Made by a program: the position numbers and the translations under genes
Part shown: piece after piece, positions 1-10,345 of the stretch
Layout of the letters: each line of letters begins with the position of its first letter
How positions within the stretch are numbered: the stretch's first letter is position 1
Assembly (NCBI GenBank): GCA_028702045.1
Contig: JAQVPP010000002.1
Coordinates: 1 to 36,032 of the forward strand
Source: Minisyncoccota bacterium
GTDB lineage: Bacteria > Patescibacteriota > Minisyncoccia > UBA6257 > JAKLIH01
Direction: 5' to 3'
DNA length: 36,032 nucleotides
Notes under the pieces: generated by a model
Database searches by the model: none
Told to the model about the DNA's origin: nothing
The model's input: the letters and a program-made list of their open reading frames with translations, nothing else

Positions 1-1344
1 GATAATGAAGAAATATATATTTTATTTAATCAAGACAAAAAGGGAGTATATAAAACTGGAAATACTTTAGAAATAATATATAACCTAGAGGAAAATAAAA
101 TTCACTCCATTAATCAACCAAAATTAAGTTTTTTTAATAAACTTAAAAATTATTTATTTGCTTCTTTTAGTATGATAGAAAAATTAAGTAATTTCTTAGG
201 AGCACCAATTGGCTTTACTCCAGAAAATGGCGTTGTTCAGGTTTATGATAACGGAGAAATTTTTAGATATTTAAATAACCCATTAGAATCTTCAGACACA
301 ACCAATTCTGATAATATTATCGTCAGACCAGATAAGACAGAGGTTTTAAAAACATTAGACTATTATTTGCCAGTTGAATTAAATATATCTAGTCCACATT
401 TAAGATATCTAGAGTATGGTATTGGAAATAGTTTTGTTGCCAACACTTATGATTTTAGTGTGCCTCAAAACCACAAGTACGCCCAAACATATTATTTAGA
501 AGACTTTCACGATGTAGACGAGAACCCAAGTGGACGCCCAAGTAGTAATGTTTTTTGATGAAAGAATAATGCTTGGCATTTTACAGAAAAAGGCTATACT
601 GCTGAATACAGTACATTAGCAATAAATAAATATATTAAAGAAAATCCTTGCACAGGCATAAAGCAAATTCCTTTTTATGTAATGTATTTAGAATGTCCAC
701 ATATTTCAGCACAAAGCTTTAGCGATAAAATATATGAAATTAAAAGTACTTGCTGCAGTGATTGATATAGATTTTTAAATGAAGATATCAGTAAAGCAAA
801 TCTTTATTCTGATCCTTGATATTTTGATGATAATTTAGTAAAAGACTCTATATCGCAAATAGGAGCAGATACCAGAAAGGATGATGCAATGTGCATAACG
901 CGTTCTCCCGTATCAAATTCATCCACAGCAGCTAGTGATGGCTATCAATATGAAGGAGAATATGGCAAGTGTGTACGCCACAGGGCAGAAAGGTGAATAA
1001 GCACAAACTATTGCACCTGGAAAAGAGAAATAGTTCCAGTAAATATAGATTGCAAGTATACACCTATTACAAAAGAATATATTACCACAACAACCAAAGG
1101 TATTTTATATCATGATAAATATATTTGGAAGTGTGACAACCTTACCAAGAAGTGTTACATAACTGAATCTGGAAATTATTTATCCAGAGAACAATGTGAA
1201 GAATATTGTCAAAAAGATTTTTTAGATAATTCAAATCTTTACTCTTTTGGATCAAATTCTCACTACACAAAGCAAGTTAATTTACAAATTTTAAATCAAG
1301 ATGGAAAAGTTTTTGAAAAAGTTTTTCATATTTTGCAAGATTAA
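1..1344 (+). CDS. C-terminal part of a Cys-rich secreted/surface protein, function unknown (5' end lies outside the window)
   Basis: Hand translation shows frame 1 open from nt 1 to TAA at 1342-1344 when the five in-frame TGA (556, 559, 763, 817, 994) are read as Trp. The track ORF 172-558 is only a fragment. It carries a 4-Cys module, WKCDNLTKKCYITESGNYLSREQCEEYC (1126-1212), also present in the giant pilin downstream. Confidence 0.6.
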
Positions 1345-1346
1345 AA

Positions 1347-1375
1347 TTGACAAACAACTTTTTATCTTTTAAAAT
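1347..1375 (+). promoter_or_regulatory. sigma70-type promoter upstream of pilB
   Basis: TTGACA (1347-1352), a 17-nt spacer, then TAAAAT (1370-1375), about 20 nt upstream of the pilB ATG. Confidence 0.5.
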
Positions 1376-1396
1376 TAATATATTAAATAAAAAACA

Positions 1397-3106
1397 ATGG
1401 GATTATCTCTTCAAATTTTAAAACCAATTTTATTAGAAAGTAAACTAATTAATGAACAAGAATTCAACGATGCATTAGACATATCAAAAAGAACTGGACA
1501 AGATGTTGCTGATCTACTTATTTCTCAAGGTTACTTAACTAAAGAATATTTAACTGAGCTAATATCTCTGTATCTTAAAATACCAAAAATAAAATTAAAG
1601 GGTAGATCAATTGATCCAAAATATCTAAACATGCTTACCGAGCAAATAGCTCGCTCTAAAAAAGCAGTTGTGTTTGGTGAAGAGGGTATGCACTTGCAAG
1701 TTGCTTTAGTTGATCCATCTAACTTAGATTCTGTTCGTTTTTTAGAAAGTTATCTTAATAGGCCAGTCAAAGTATATATTACTACAGAAGAAGAGTTGCG
1801 AGAAGTATTTTCATATTACAGACAACAACTTACTGAAAAATTTAAATCAATTACAGAAAAAAATGTTAAAGAAGCAGCCAAGCTAAAGAGTCTATCTCCT
1901 GATAAAGCTGCCGTAGAATTACCAATAGTTTCTTTAGTAGATACTCTTATTGAATATGCTGCATCATTAAATGCAACTGATATCCATATTGAAATTATGG
2001 CTGATTTTGTCTTAATTCGTTTTAGAATAGATGGTCTTCTAAAGGAAATAATCACATTACCAAAAGAAACCCATCCAGCTATATTAGCTAGAGTTAAGAT
2101 TATGGCTAATATGAAAATTGATGAGCATCAGCGTCCACAAGATAGTAGGTTTAAGTTTAAGCAAGGCGATGATGTCTTTGATGTTCGTGTGTCTGTCTTA
2201 CCTACATATTTTGGAGAAAAGATTAACATGCGTTTGCTTTTAGGAGCCTTAAAGCCTCTAAGTTTATTTGAGCTTGGTATGAATGAGAAAGTTGCAGAAA
2301 CAGTTGTGGCTAATATTAAAAGAACTTACGGTATGATACTTGTTACAGGTCCTACTGGTTCTGGTAAAACCACTACCCTGTATTCTATTTTAAGTATTTT
2401 AAATAAACCAGAAGTAAATATTGTTACTGTAGAAAATCCAGTTGAGTATGAATTAAAGTATATCAATCAAGTTAATGTTAATCCTCAAGCTGATTTAACA
2501 TTTGCCACATCTCTTAGATCTATTTTGCGTCAGGATCCTGATATTATCATGGTCGGAGAAATCCGTGACTCAGAAACCGCCAATATTGCAATTAATGCCG
2601 CACTTACTGGACATTTGGTTTTATCTACTCTTCATACCAACGATGCTGCTACAGCTATACCTCGTTTAATTGATTTAGGTGTTCCTCCTTTTTTAGTTTC
2701 AGCTACTGTTAATTTAATTATTGCTCAAAGACTTGTCAGAAGGATTTGCAAAGACTGCGTAGCTAGTTATGATATTACTCCAGAAGTTAGCAAATCAATT
2801 CTTAATCAATTACAGGCTATAGATGAAAATCACACAGAGGCAGATGTACCTACTTTATTATATAAAGGACTTGGTTGTTCTTCTTGTGGAGGCAAAGGGT
2901 CCAAAGGAAGAGTAGGTATTTATGAAGTTTTAAATGTTTCTGATGACATGAGAGGGTTAATTCAGGAAGATAATTTTTCTTTAGAAAAATTAAGAAACCT
3001 ATCTAGAACAGAAGGCATGAAAGTTTTATTTGAGAATGGATTAAAAAAAGCAGAACTAGGATTAATTTCTTTAGAAGAATTGTTTAGGGTTGTACGAGAA
3101 AGTTAA
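1397..3106 (+). CDS. pilB: Type IV pilus / type II secretion assembly ATPase (PilB/GspE family)
   Basis: Walker A GPTGSGKTT, Asp box NIVTVENPVEY, Walker B DPDIIMVGEIRD, His box TGHLVLSTLHTND, and a tetracysteine cluster CKDC...CSSCGG. The N-terminal domain is T2SSE_N-like. Confidence 0.93.
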   Translation: MGLSLQILKPILLESKLINEQEFNDALDISKRTGQDVADLLISQGYLTKEYLTELISLYLKIPKIKLKGRSIDPKYLNMLTEQIARSKKAVVFGEEGMHLQVALVDPSNLDSVRFLESYLNRPVKVYITTEEELREVFSYYRQQLTEKFKSITEKNVKEAAKLKSLSPDKAAVELPIVSLVDTLIEYAASLNATDIHIEIMADFVLIRFRIDGLLKEIITLPKETHPAILARVKIMANMKIDEHQRPQDSRFKFKQGDDVFDVRVSVLPTYFGEKINMRLLLGALKPLSLFELGMNEKVAETVVANIKRTYGMILVTGPTGSGKTTTLYSILSILNKPEVNIVTVENPVEYELKYINQVNVNPQADLTFATSLRSILRQDPDIIMVGEIRDSETANIAINAALTGHLVLSTLHTNDAATAIPRLIDLGVPPFLVSATVNLIIAQRLVRRICKDCVASYDITPEVSKSILNQLQAIDENHTEADVPTLLYKGLGCSSCGGKGSKGRVGIYEVLNVSDDMRGLIQEDNFSLEKLRNLSRTEGMKVLFENGLKKAELGLISLEELFRVVRES

Positions 3107-3116
3107 AAAAATAAAT

Positions 3117-4325
3117 ATGTTATTTCACTACAAAGCATTTAATCAAAATAATATTCTAGTAGAAGGAGAGATAGAGATGAACACAAAGCAAGAAGTGTTA
3201 ACTTTTTTATATAACCAAAACTTAAAGCCAATTAATATCAAGACTCTTGAAAAAAAGTTTGAGCTAAAGAACCTTGAGATTTTTGCTAAAAAAATTACTC
3301 TTAAGGATAAAGTTTTTTTATTCAAATACTTGGCCTTGATGTTAAGCGTAGGTACAGACTTGGTTGCAGCCATGAGAATATTATTAAGTGATTATACAAC
3401 AGGTCCAATACATGAGTTCTTACTTGAAGTAAAGAATAATCTTGAAAAAGGTTTACCTTTTAGTTTAGCCTTTGAGCAAAATCCTACTCAATTTTCTTTA
3501 ATTACAGCTAACCTAATCAAGGCAGGAGAAAAGTCAGGTAACTTACAAGAGGTTTTTGAGAAATTATCATATACCCTTGAGAAAAATTCAGACTTGCAGA
3601 CAAAAGTTAAATCATCTCTTAGTTATCCAATTATTTTAATTGTTATGTGCGTAGTTTTAGTCTATGCTTTACTTGTTTTTATTTTTCCTCAAATGGGATC
3701 TATTTTTAAGAAAAATGATATGGAAATCCCAGCCTTAACAAAATTCATGATGACCTTATCTGATTTTTTAAATGCTAACATGGTAGTTGTTACTATTTTG
3801 ATGATTCTAGTCCCTATAATATTATTCATATATTTTTCCAAAACTAGTTCAGGTAAAAAGACATTAAACACTATTGTTAATTTTGTAAAACCAATTAGGA
3901 TTTTACTTGAAAAAATTATCTTACAAAGATTATGTTCTACTCTTGCATCTTTGATTAAGTCTGGTATGCCTATTATTACAGCTTTGCAGATTACAAGTAA
4001 TACGCTAGGTAATATACGCTATGAGGAAGCCATGAAAAGAATTGTTTTAAAAATTACTCGCGGTACATCTATTGGAGAATCATTTAGAGCTGAGCCTGTT
4101 TTTCCAAGTAGTTTGGTTAACTTGATTTCTATTGGAGAAAAGGCAGGAAGTACATATAATATATTAATTACTTTAGCTGACTTTTATGAAAAAGAAATTG
4201 ACGCATCACTTAAGTCTTTGGTTTCTTTAATTGAGCCTACCATCCTTATCTTTATGGGAGTTATGGTAGGAGGTATTGCTATATCGGTCGTCATGCCAAT
4301 GTATAAAATAGTAGGAACATTCTAA
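3117..4325 (+). CDS. pilC: Type IV pilus platform protein (PilC/GspF family)
   Basis: Polytopic membrane protein with two GspF-type repeats. The N-terminus MLFHYKAFNQNNILVEGEIE... is typical of PilC. I prefer ATG 3117 over the TTG at 3090 used by the ORF track. The stop overlaps the next ATG (TAATG). Confidence 0.88.
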   Translation: MLFHYKAFNQNNILVEGEIEMNTKQEVLTFLYNQNLKPINIKTLEKKFELKNLEIFAKKITLKDKVFLFKYLALMLSVGTDLVAAMRILLSDYTTGPIHEFLLEVKNNLEKGLPFSLAFEQNPTQFSLITANLIKAGEKSGNLQEVFEKLSYTLEKNSDLQTKVKSSLSYPIILIVMCVVLVYALLVFIFPQMGSIFKKNDMEIPALTKFMMTLSDFLNANMVVVTILMILVPIILFIYFSKTSSGKKTLNTIVNFVKPIRILLEKIILQRLCSTLASLIKSGMPIITALQITSNTLGNIRYEEAMKRIVLKITRGTSIGESFRAEPVFPSSLVNLISIGEKAGSTYNILITLADFYEKEIDASLKSLVSLIEPTILIFMGVMVGGIAISVVMPMYKIVGTF

Positions 4326-4990
4326 TGAAAAAAGCATTTACACTTGTAGAAATGACAATTACAGTAATTATCTTAGCCCTTATTATCACGGGTACTTTTA
4401 CATTACTCTTTAAACCAATGAGTGAATTTTATTTAAAAACTCAAACTGAAAACTTTGAAGAATATTTTGCCTTTATTCAAAACAAGAATTTAGCTGAAGC
4501 TAATCCAAATATTAATTCACACATGACCTTAAAAATAGATAATTCTAGTTCTGATTATTATCAAGCTAAACTTATTTCAACTATAGGATCAACTACTACT
4601 GATATTGATGTTTTAGATATTCAGTACTTTGCTGGCTTTAGCCAATTAATCAAACCAGCTCCAAGTAGTAGTATGACATTTAACTTGTGTTCTGGACTAT
4701 CTAATAATAGTAAAATTAATTTCTGTGATTCATCAAATGATATAATATGTGATGAAGATTATTATTTTGCCATAAAAAGTAAAATGTTTGACATTTTTTA
4801 TGTGGTTTTAATTAAGACTCCGTCACAAAAAGCTTGTACTCCAGAAGTATATATTAATAAAATTGATGATTTTTCAGTTTGTTCTGAATCAGTTAGTTAT
4901 GTTTGTGGAACAGATGGGTTGACATACAAAAATGAGTGCTATGCAGGGTTAAATAAGTTAGAAGTAGATTATGAAGGAGAATGTGAATAA
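4325..4990 (+). CDS. Type IV pilin-like protein with a C-terminal Kazal-like domain
   Basis: Class III signal and N-terminal helix MKKA|FTLVEMTITVIILALIITG, with Glu at +5. The C-terminus CSESVSYVCGTDGLTYKNEC....GEC fits the Kazal core C-x7-C-x6-Y-x3-C. Confidence 0.8.
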   Translation: MKKAFTLVEMTITVIILALIITGTFTLLFKPMSEFYLKTQTENFEEYFAFIQNKNLAEANPNINSHMTLKIDNSSSDYYQAKLISTIGSTTTDIDVLDIQYFAGFSQLIKPAPSSSMTFNLCSGLSNNSKINFCDSSNDIICDEDYYFAIKSKMFDIFYVVLIKTPSQKACTPEVYINKIDDFSVCSESVSYVCGTDGLTYKNECYAGLNKLEVDYEGECE

Positions 4991-7823
4991 AATAAAAAAA
5001 AGTTTTTCATTAGTTGAGATTTTAATCGCAATGATGATTTTAATTATTTTTATAGTACCCATAGCTACCATATCACTCATGTCAAAAGAAAAAATAGCTG
5101 ATTTTGAAGATCAAAAACAATTATATAATTTAGCTGTTGCTCAAATTGATGCTAATAATAAAAATATAGATACTGATGGTTTTGATTTTGAAAATCATCA
5201 CTTAAACTTTAACTACCTATATGTACCAGGATCTTCAAATAGGTTGGCTCAATATGATAGAATAGGTTTTTTAAATGATGATCCTGTTCTTAACTTAACT
5301 TTTGATGGTGCTCAAAAAATAGATGATGTATATTATGTTCGTGATGACAAGGCTACTATTAAAGGAACCTTATCAGTTACCGCTTCATCAACTACAACAG
5401 ACACTACAGGATATGAAACAGATTTTGACGATACTTCTGTAATTGAGAAACATCTAAATGAACCACAACCATATTATATAGGAGGAGGAGATAATTGTAT
5501 GTCAGGTCATTGCTTATTATTCTATGGAGATGTAACAAATGAAATAGCTTCTTTAGTTTCATTTAATAATGTTATTGGATGAGATCAATTTAATGAAGTT
5601 TCTTTTGAATTTTATTTCAAGCTTGACGAGGTTAGGGAAATGGAAATAGTTGGTAAAAATAATTTATCAATAGGAGTCGCCTCTAATTCAAAACCATATT
5701 TCACATCTCAGTTTGTTACTTATGAGGAGGAAGGTACAACTACAACCAATGTTATAGGGACTAGTACAACCACCCTATTAGAACCAATTTTTTCTACTCA
5801 AACAATTCTTGGTACAACCACCTTGCAAGCAGATACTTGATATCACTATGTAGCTACCTATGACTATATTAGTGAAAAATTAAATATATATCTTAATGGT
5901 GTTTTAGAAAATTCAGAAGCTTATTCTGGTGATTCTGATTTTAGTTTAATCTCAGGTGACTTTTCTTTTGGAGGAACTCCAACCAAAGCATTCAAAGGTG
6001 TTCTTGATGAAGCTAAAGTATATGATTATTCATTAAGTGGTGAAGAAGTTAAGAACCACTACAACTTTTATGAAAGAAATAAAGGACTTCTTCTATACGA
6101 ATCATTTGATAGAGGGTTTAATTCTGCAAGTTATGAAGTTTTGCCTGAGATTGGTGATATATCCAGTGATGGACTACTAACAGGAGCCTTATTTAAGCTA
6201 TATAACACTAATTTATCTGATCATCAACAATTTGGTCATGCTATTGATTTTAACCACATTACAGGCACAGTCTATCCTACTTATGGTATTTTAGAATCAT
6301 CAGAAAGTAGTTTTAATTCAAAAATATCTACAAATGAATGATCACGTATGTTTGATTCTGATAATATTACTATGGAAATGTGAATCAGACCTACTACCAT
6401 AGATAATACTAAAAAAGGGTTAATCTCTAGAGGATATGAGAGTGGTGGATCATATACTATTAGCCAAGAAGCATATATCCAAAATGGATATTTGAATTTT
6501 TCAGTCAAAACAGATCAAGAAACAAATACCCTTACAGGCCTAACTCAGTTGCAGGCAGATACTTGATATTTAGTTTCTTTCTCATATGATGGACAAAGTC
6601 AAGCGATATATATCAATGGTGTACTTGATCAAGAAACCGTAACCACAGGAGATCTAATAGGGGGCCCATCTGGAGATACTATTTTTTACTTAGGTTACTC
6701 AGGGCAAAATTCTGAATATTTTTATGGAGATATTGATGAGCTTAGGATATATAATAGAGGATTAAGTGGCGATGATATTATCAACAGATTTAAAAAAGCA
6801 TACTCATATTATAAAAATGTACATCCAGTTTATCAAGTAGAGGATAGTTCCAAATATTTTTTCCAGAGAAACATGTTAACAGGATGTGTGGTCACAAATG
6901 ATGACACTTGTTCCCCTATATCTAATCCAATTGCTGGTATTTTTCACAACCCAGCCTTACTCTATACAATAGATATTGCTAGATATGGCGATGGAGTTGA
7001 TTTAGATTATTTAGATTTTCATCAAATTATTACAAACCATAGTTCTTTTGGTGTGCTTATGTATGAGAATGTACACTGGTCTAAAAACTCTAATTACTCA
7101 GGAACAGTATTAAACTATAAGTGTGATGCATCCAGTCAAAGGTGTTTTCCACGTCATGATGGACAATTTACAGATCTTGCAGAGTGTAATAGTTTATGTG
7201 CAGCATCCCAGTCAGCCGAGCCACCATATACATGTTCAGGATCTCAGTGTGTCATAGCCGATCCACAGCCAGGGCAGTATTCTACAGTAGAGGAATGTGT
7301 CACCGCTTGTGATATTGCTCCTCCAGCAGGTGCTAATGCATGTACTAATTTCTATTACTCAGATGATAATAAGGTTTGCCAGTCTGAAAATATTTCTTTT
7401 GGCGATTCTATTAGTTTAAACAATGTTGGACTTAGTGGATATATGATTTCTCAAACTTTTGATTTTGAAAAACCAACATCTATTTTAGCCTATTCGCTTG
7501 AGGGAGAGTTTGATCCTGCTCTTGTAAAAATTCAATTTGATTGTAAAGATGATATTGTTGATGCCTCAGGAGTAATGATTAGTGATGAAGCGTGACTATA
7601 TACAGGATCTTCAGATTATGAAACATGTTCAATTTCGTCATTCTACTCTATTGCACTAGAGAATTTTGGTGGGGCAGGTAATGCTAAGTTCCACCCAATC
7701 AAATCATGTTGAAGAACATATGAGAGGGAACCATCTTTTTGTAAATTTATGAGATTTAAATTAATCTTTGAGCCAGGTGCTGGTAGTATATCTAAGGTAG
7801 TATTTAGGATAGCTCAACAATAA
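4971..7823 (+). CDS. Giant pilin-like protein (~950 aa): pilin N-terminus, two LamG/concanavalin-like domains and Cys-rich C-terminal modules
   Basis: Track ORFs 4971-5582, 5640-5840, 6141-6341 and 6873-7595 share one frame. They are joined only by TGA (5580, 5838, 6339, 6381, 6564, 7593, 7710), with no TAA/TAG until 7821-7823. The N-terminus is KKS|FSLVEILIAMMILIIF. The start may instead be GTG 4983, preceded by AAGGAG. LamG signatures occur twice: LQADTWYHYVATYDY...FKGVLDEAKVYDYSLSGEEV and LQADTWYLVSFSYDG...FYGDIDELRIYNRGLSGDDI. Confidence 0.8.
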
Positions 7824-7880
7824 TTTTTTAACAAATTTTTTAATTTTTTGGGTAATTTATTCAATATATTTCACCCACTG

Positions 7881-8864
7881 TTACTTTAAATCCAAAGTGC
7901 GACAGTTAGTATTAAAAAAGACTTCATTTGGTGTTTTGTAATTAAAACACTTTCTTGGTCTGTTATTTAAAAGGTTTTGTGCTTTTTTAACTTTAGTTAT
8001 TGTTAGTGTATCATATTTTGTTTTTTTAGGAAATCAATCTCTAATTAAACCATTAGTATTTTCATTAGTACCTCTTTGTTGTGATGAATAAGTATCGGCA
8101 AAATATACATTAATATCCAAGTCTTTTTCAATTAATTCGTAGTCACTAAATTCTTTTCCATTATCATATGTTATTGATTTAATATTAATATTTTTAAGAG
8201 ATTTAATTGTTTGTTTATATATGGTTTCTTTTTCATGGTTACTTAACAAATCTATTATTGTATATCTTGTTTTTCTATCAACATAAGTTAATAAACAAGC
8301 TGATCTAGGATGAAGGACCATAGTATCTCCTTCAAAATCACCAATCCTTAATCTTTTATCAATAACTTTTGGTCTATCATGTATAGATTTCTTATTACTG
8401 TCCTTTTCCCTTGCTTTAATGCGTATATTAGTCCCATATCTTCTGCGAAACTTATTTTTCTTATGTCTTAGGTATTGTCATAATTCTTTACGTGTATATA
8501 TGTACTTATATATCGTAGGATAAGATATATATCATTTATTATTGGTTTCTATATTCCACCTATTAGCTATCTGATCAGGAGATCATTTAAGCTTTAAATG
8601 TTTTAAAATATATGTCTCTAGTGTTTTATTGTTTAATATCTTATCCAGCCTATAATTGGCTTTTAGTCTTTTATTAACATATCTTTTCTTTGATAAACTA
8701 CTGTTATATTTTCCTTCCTTAATCCCTCTTTTAATTTCTCTATGAATAGAACTTCTGTGCTTATTAAACATTTTTGCTATCTCTGTTACCTTAGGGGGAT
8801 TAGCTAAATTTAAAAGATACTGTAGACTATCTTTTTGTTCTGTGGTAATATGTGTATAGGTCAT
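7881..8864 (-). CDS. IS30-family DDE transposase (327 aa, intact under TGA=Trp)
   Basis: Track ORFs 8583-8864(-) and 8034-8321(-) plus the gaps form one frame with four TGA and a TAA stop at 7881-7883. It has an N-terminal HTH. IS30 hallmarks are present: SPDQIANRW, GDFEGDT, TYDNGKEF, QQRGTNENTNGLIRDWFPK and NNRPRKCFNYKTPNEVF. Confidence 0.88.
7885..7918. repeat. Left terminal inverted repeat of the IS30-like element
   Basis: tttaaatccaaagtgcgacagttagtattaaaaa matches the reverse complement of 8922-8957 (tttaaactcgaagtgcgacactttagtaatttaaaaa) with a few mismatches and indels. Confidence 0.65.
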
Positions 8865-8921
8865 AAATTTTAGTTTAAAGTTTTTGTTAATTCATAAATA
8901 CTTTACCAAATTTATGGCCTT

Positions 8922-8957
8922 TTTTAAATTACTAAAGTGTCGCACTTCGAGTTTAAA
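8922..8957. repeat. Right terminal inverted repeat of the IS30-like element
   Basis: See the left IR. The shared core is AAGTGCGACA, flanked by TTTAAA at the outer tip. Confidence 0.65.
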
Positions 8958-8972
8958 TTCGCCCGCTTTCAT

Positions 8973-9001
8973 TTGACAATTTAATATTTTTATGTTCTAA
9001 T
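8973..9001 (+). promoter_or_regulatory. Candidate promoter for ORF 9062
   Basis: TTGACA (8973-8978), a 17-nt spacer, then TCTAAT (8996-9001), just outside the right IS end. Confidence 0.4.
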
Positions 9002-9061
9002 TTATTTAGTCATCATCGCACATTAAAAAGTTTAATTATATACTTTAGAAAGGAGCATATC

Positions 9062-10345
9062 ATGTTCAAGAAATTAGTTATTGTTTTTGTTGTCGTAAAT
9101 TTTTTATTTTGTCATTTTTGTCATAATGCGATTTCTTCTTTAGGGGTTGACGTTCCGTCAACAATCAAAGAAGACATCTATGTTTTGAATTACGATAAAG
9201 AGATAGATACATTGTATCTTATGCCATCAACATCGCATAATATTTATTATGCAACTTTTTTCAACTGTTCTTCAAATTCTTATTTTTTTAAAATTAAATC
9301 AAACTTAGAAACAATGAAGTCACTACTTAATAAAGAGATACAAAAAAACACGCTATCGCCTATATACCCTCGCACAAAACATCCAATCTTTTTTTATGTA
9401 TCTAATTTTTCTTACGATTTAAGATTAGGGTATCTCGTAATTGAAATTTTTTCTCTAGGGGGAGAAAAAATAAAAGAGTTTAGTATAAAAAAAATTATAA
9501 TTACAAAAGGCACTGCAGATGTCGCCTTAGATAAACCCGATTTTGCTATAAAGAGTACAGACTCAATTGGGATTATCAGTAATATATCTAATAAAGATAT
9601 CAATATTTTAATTAATATTATTAAAAGAAACAATGTTTTTTTTAAAAAAATACACTTAACACCCCAAGATAAATATTTTTTTACTTATAATAGATACAGA
9701 GAAGAGTTTAGTATTGTCATTTCTAGTAATAATTGGATGACGCATTCTTCATATTATCTATCTTTAAATAAAAACATTGATCAAAGCCAAACAAGTACTA
9801 TAACCGAAGATAAAAGTATTTATTGGACACAAAACAAAAAACATAACATAATAGGTTTTTTGTCCTTTGAAAACGTTGTGACAATTTTTTGTTATTCAGA
9901 AATAAGTAATAAAATAAATATACGTTTAAAAATCAACAATACATCATATTTATCGCAAGAATATAAAATTAAACAAGGTTGGAATAAAATAAACTTACCT
10001 TGTAAAAATAGTCTTGTAGAAAGTGATATTATTTTAAATATAAACTCAAAAGAATATATGGTGGAAAAGGTTTATATTGAAAATTTTATTAATGAAGATA
10101 AAATAAACTTTAAATTTAATAATAAAATAAGTTATAAAACCAACGTAAAGGGTTATGTAAGATTTATGATTTTAACCAAACAAAATGGTATTATATACTT
10201 AGAAGAATTATGGCCAAATAACTCTTATGTCCCTTCGTATCACAGGGAGGAGAAAATAATTAAAACAAAAAGTGATTATCATGAAGTAGTTATAGTAGAA
10301 TTGACTACTTCGTTAGATATGATCAAACCAACCCTCAGTGAGTAA
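9062..10345 (+). CDS. Orphan secreted/membrane-anchored protein (427 aa), Asn/Lys/Ile/Ser-rich, no recognisable domain
   Basis: Long uninterrupted ORF. It has a strong SD (AAAGGAG 7 nt before the ATG) and an N-terminal hydrophobic signal MFKKLVIVFVVVNFLFCHFCHNA. It has its own hairpin terminator. All four Trp codons are TGG and there is no TGA. Confidence 0.7.
   Translation: MFKKLVIVFVVVNFLFCHFCHNAISSLGVDVPSTIKEDIYVLNYDKEIDTLYLMPSTSHNIYYATFFNCSSNSYFFKIKSNLETMKSLLNKEIQKNTLSPIYPRTKHPIFFYVSNFSYDLRLGYLVIEIFSLGGEKIKEFSIKKIIITKGTADVALDKPDFAIKSTDSIGIISNISNKDINILINIIKRNNVFFKKIHLTPQDKYFFTYNRYREEFSIVISSNNWMTHSSYYLSLNKNIDQSQTSTITEDKSIYWTQNKKHNIIGFLSFENVVTIFCYSEISNKINIRLKINNTSYLSQEYKIKQGWNKINLPCKNSLVESDIILNINSKEYMVEKVYIENFINEDKINFKFNNKISYKTNVKGYVRFMILTKQNGIIYLEELWPNNSYVPSYHREEKIIKTKSDYHEVVIVELTTSLDMIKPTLSE

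Larger units (their letters stand above)
7881..8957 (-). mobile_element. IS30-family insertion sequence (about 1.08 kb)
   Basis: One transposase gene bounded by imperfect ~30-bp inverted repeats sharing TTTAAA..AAGTGCGACA..TTAGTA. Exact ends are uncertain by a few nt. Confidence 0.8.

Noticed and set aside
3090-3116. TTG start at 3090 for pilC, as in the ORF track, overlapping pilB by 17 nt.
   Set aside because: ATG 3117 gives the N-terminus MLFHYKAF..., typical of PilC, and sits just after the pilB stop. The TTG extension adds only a Lys-rich tail.
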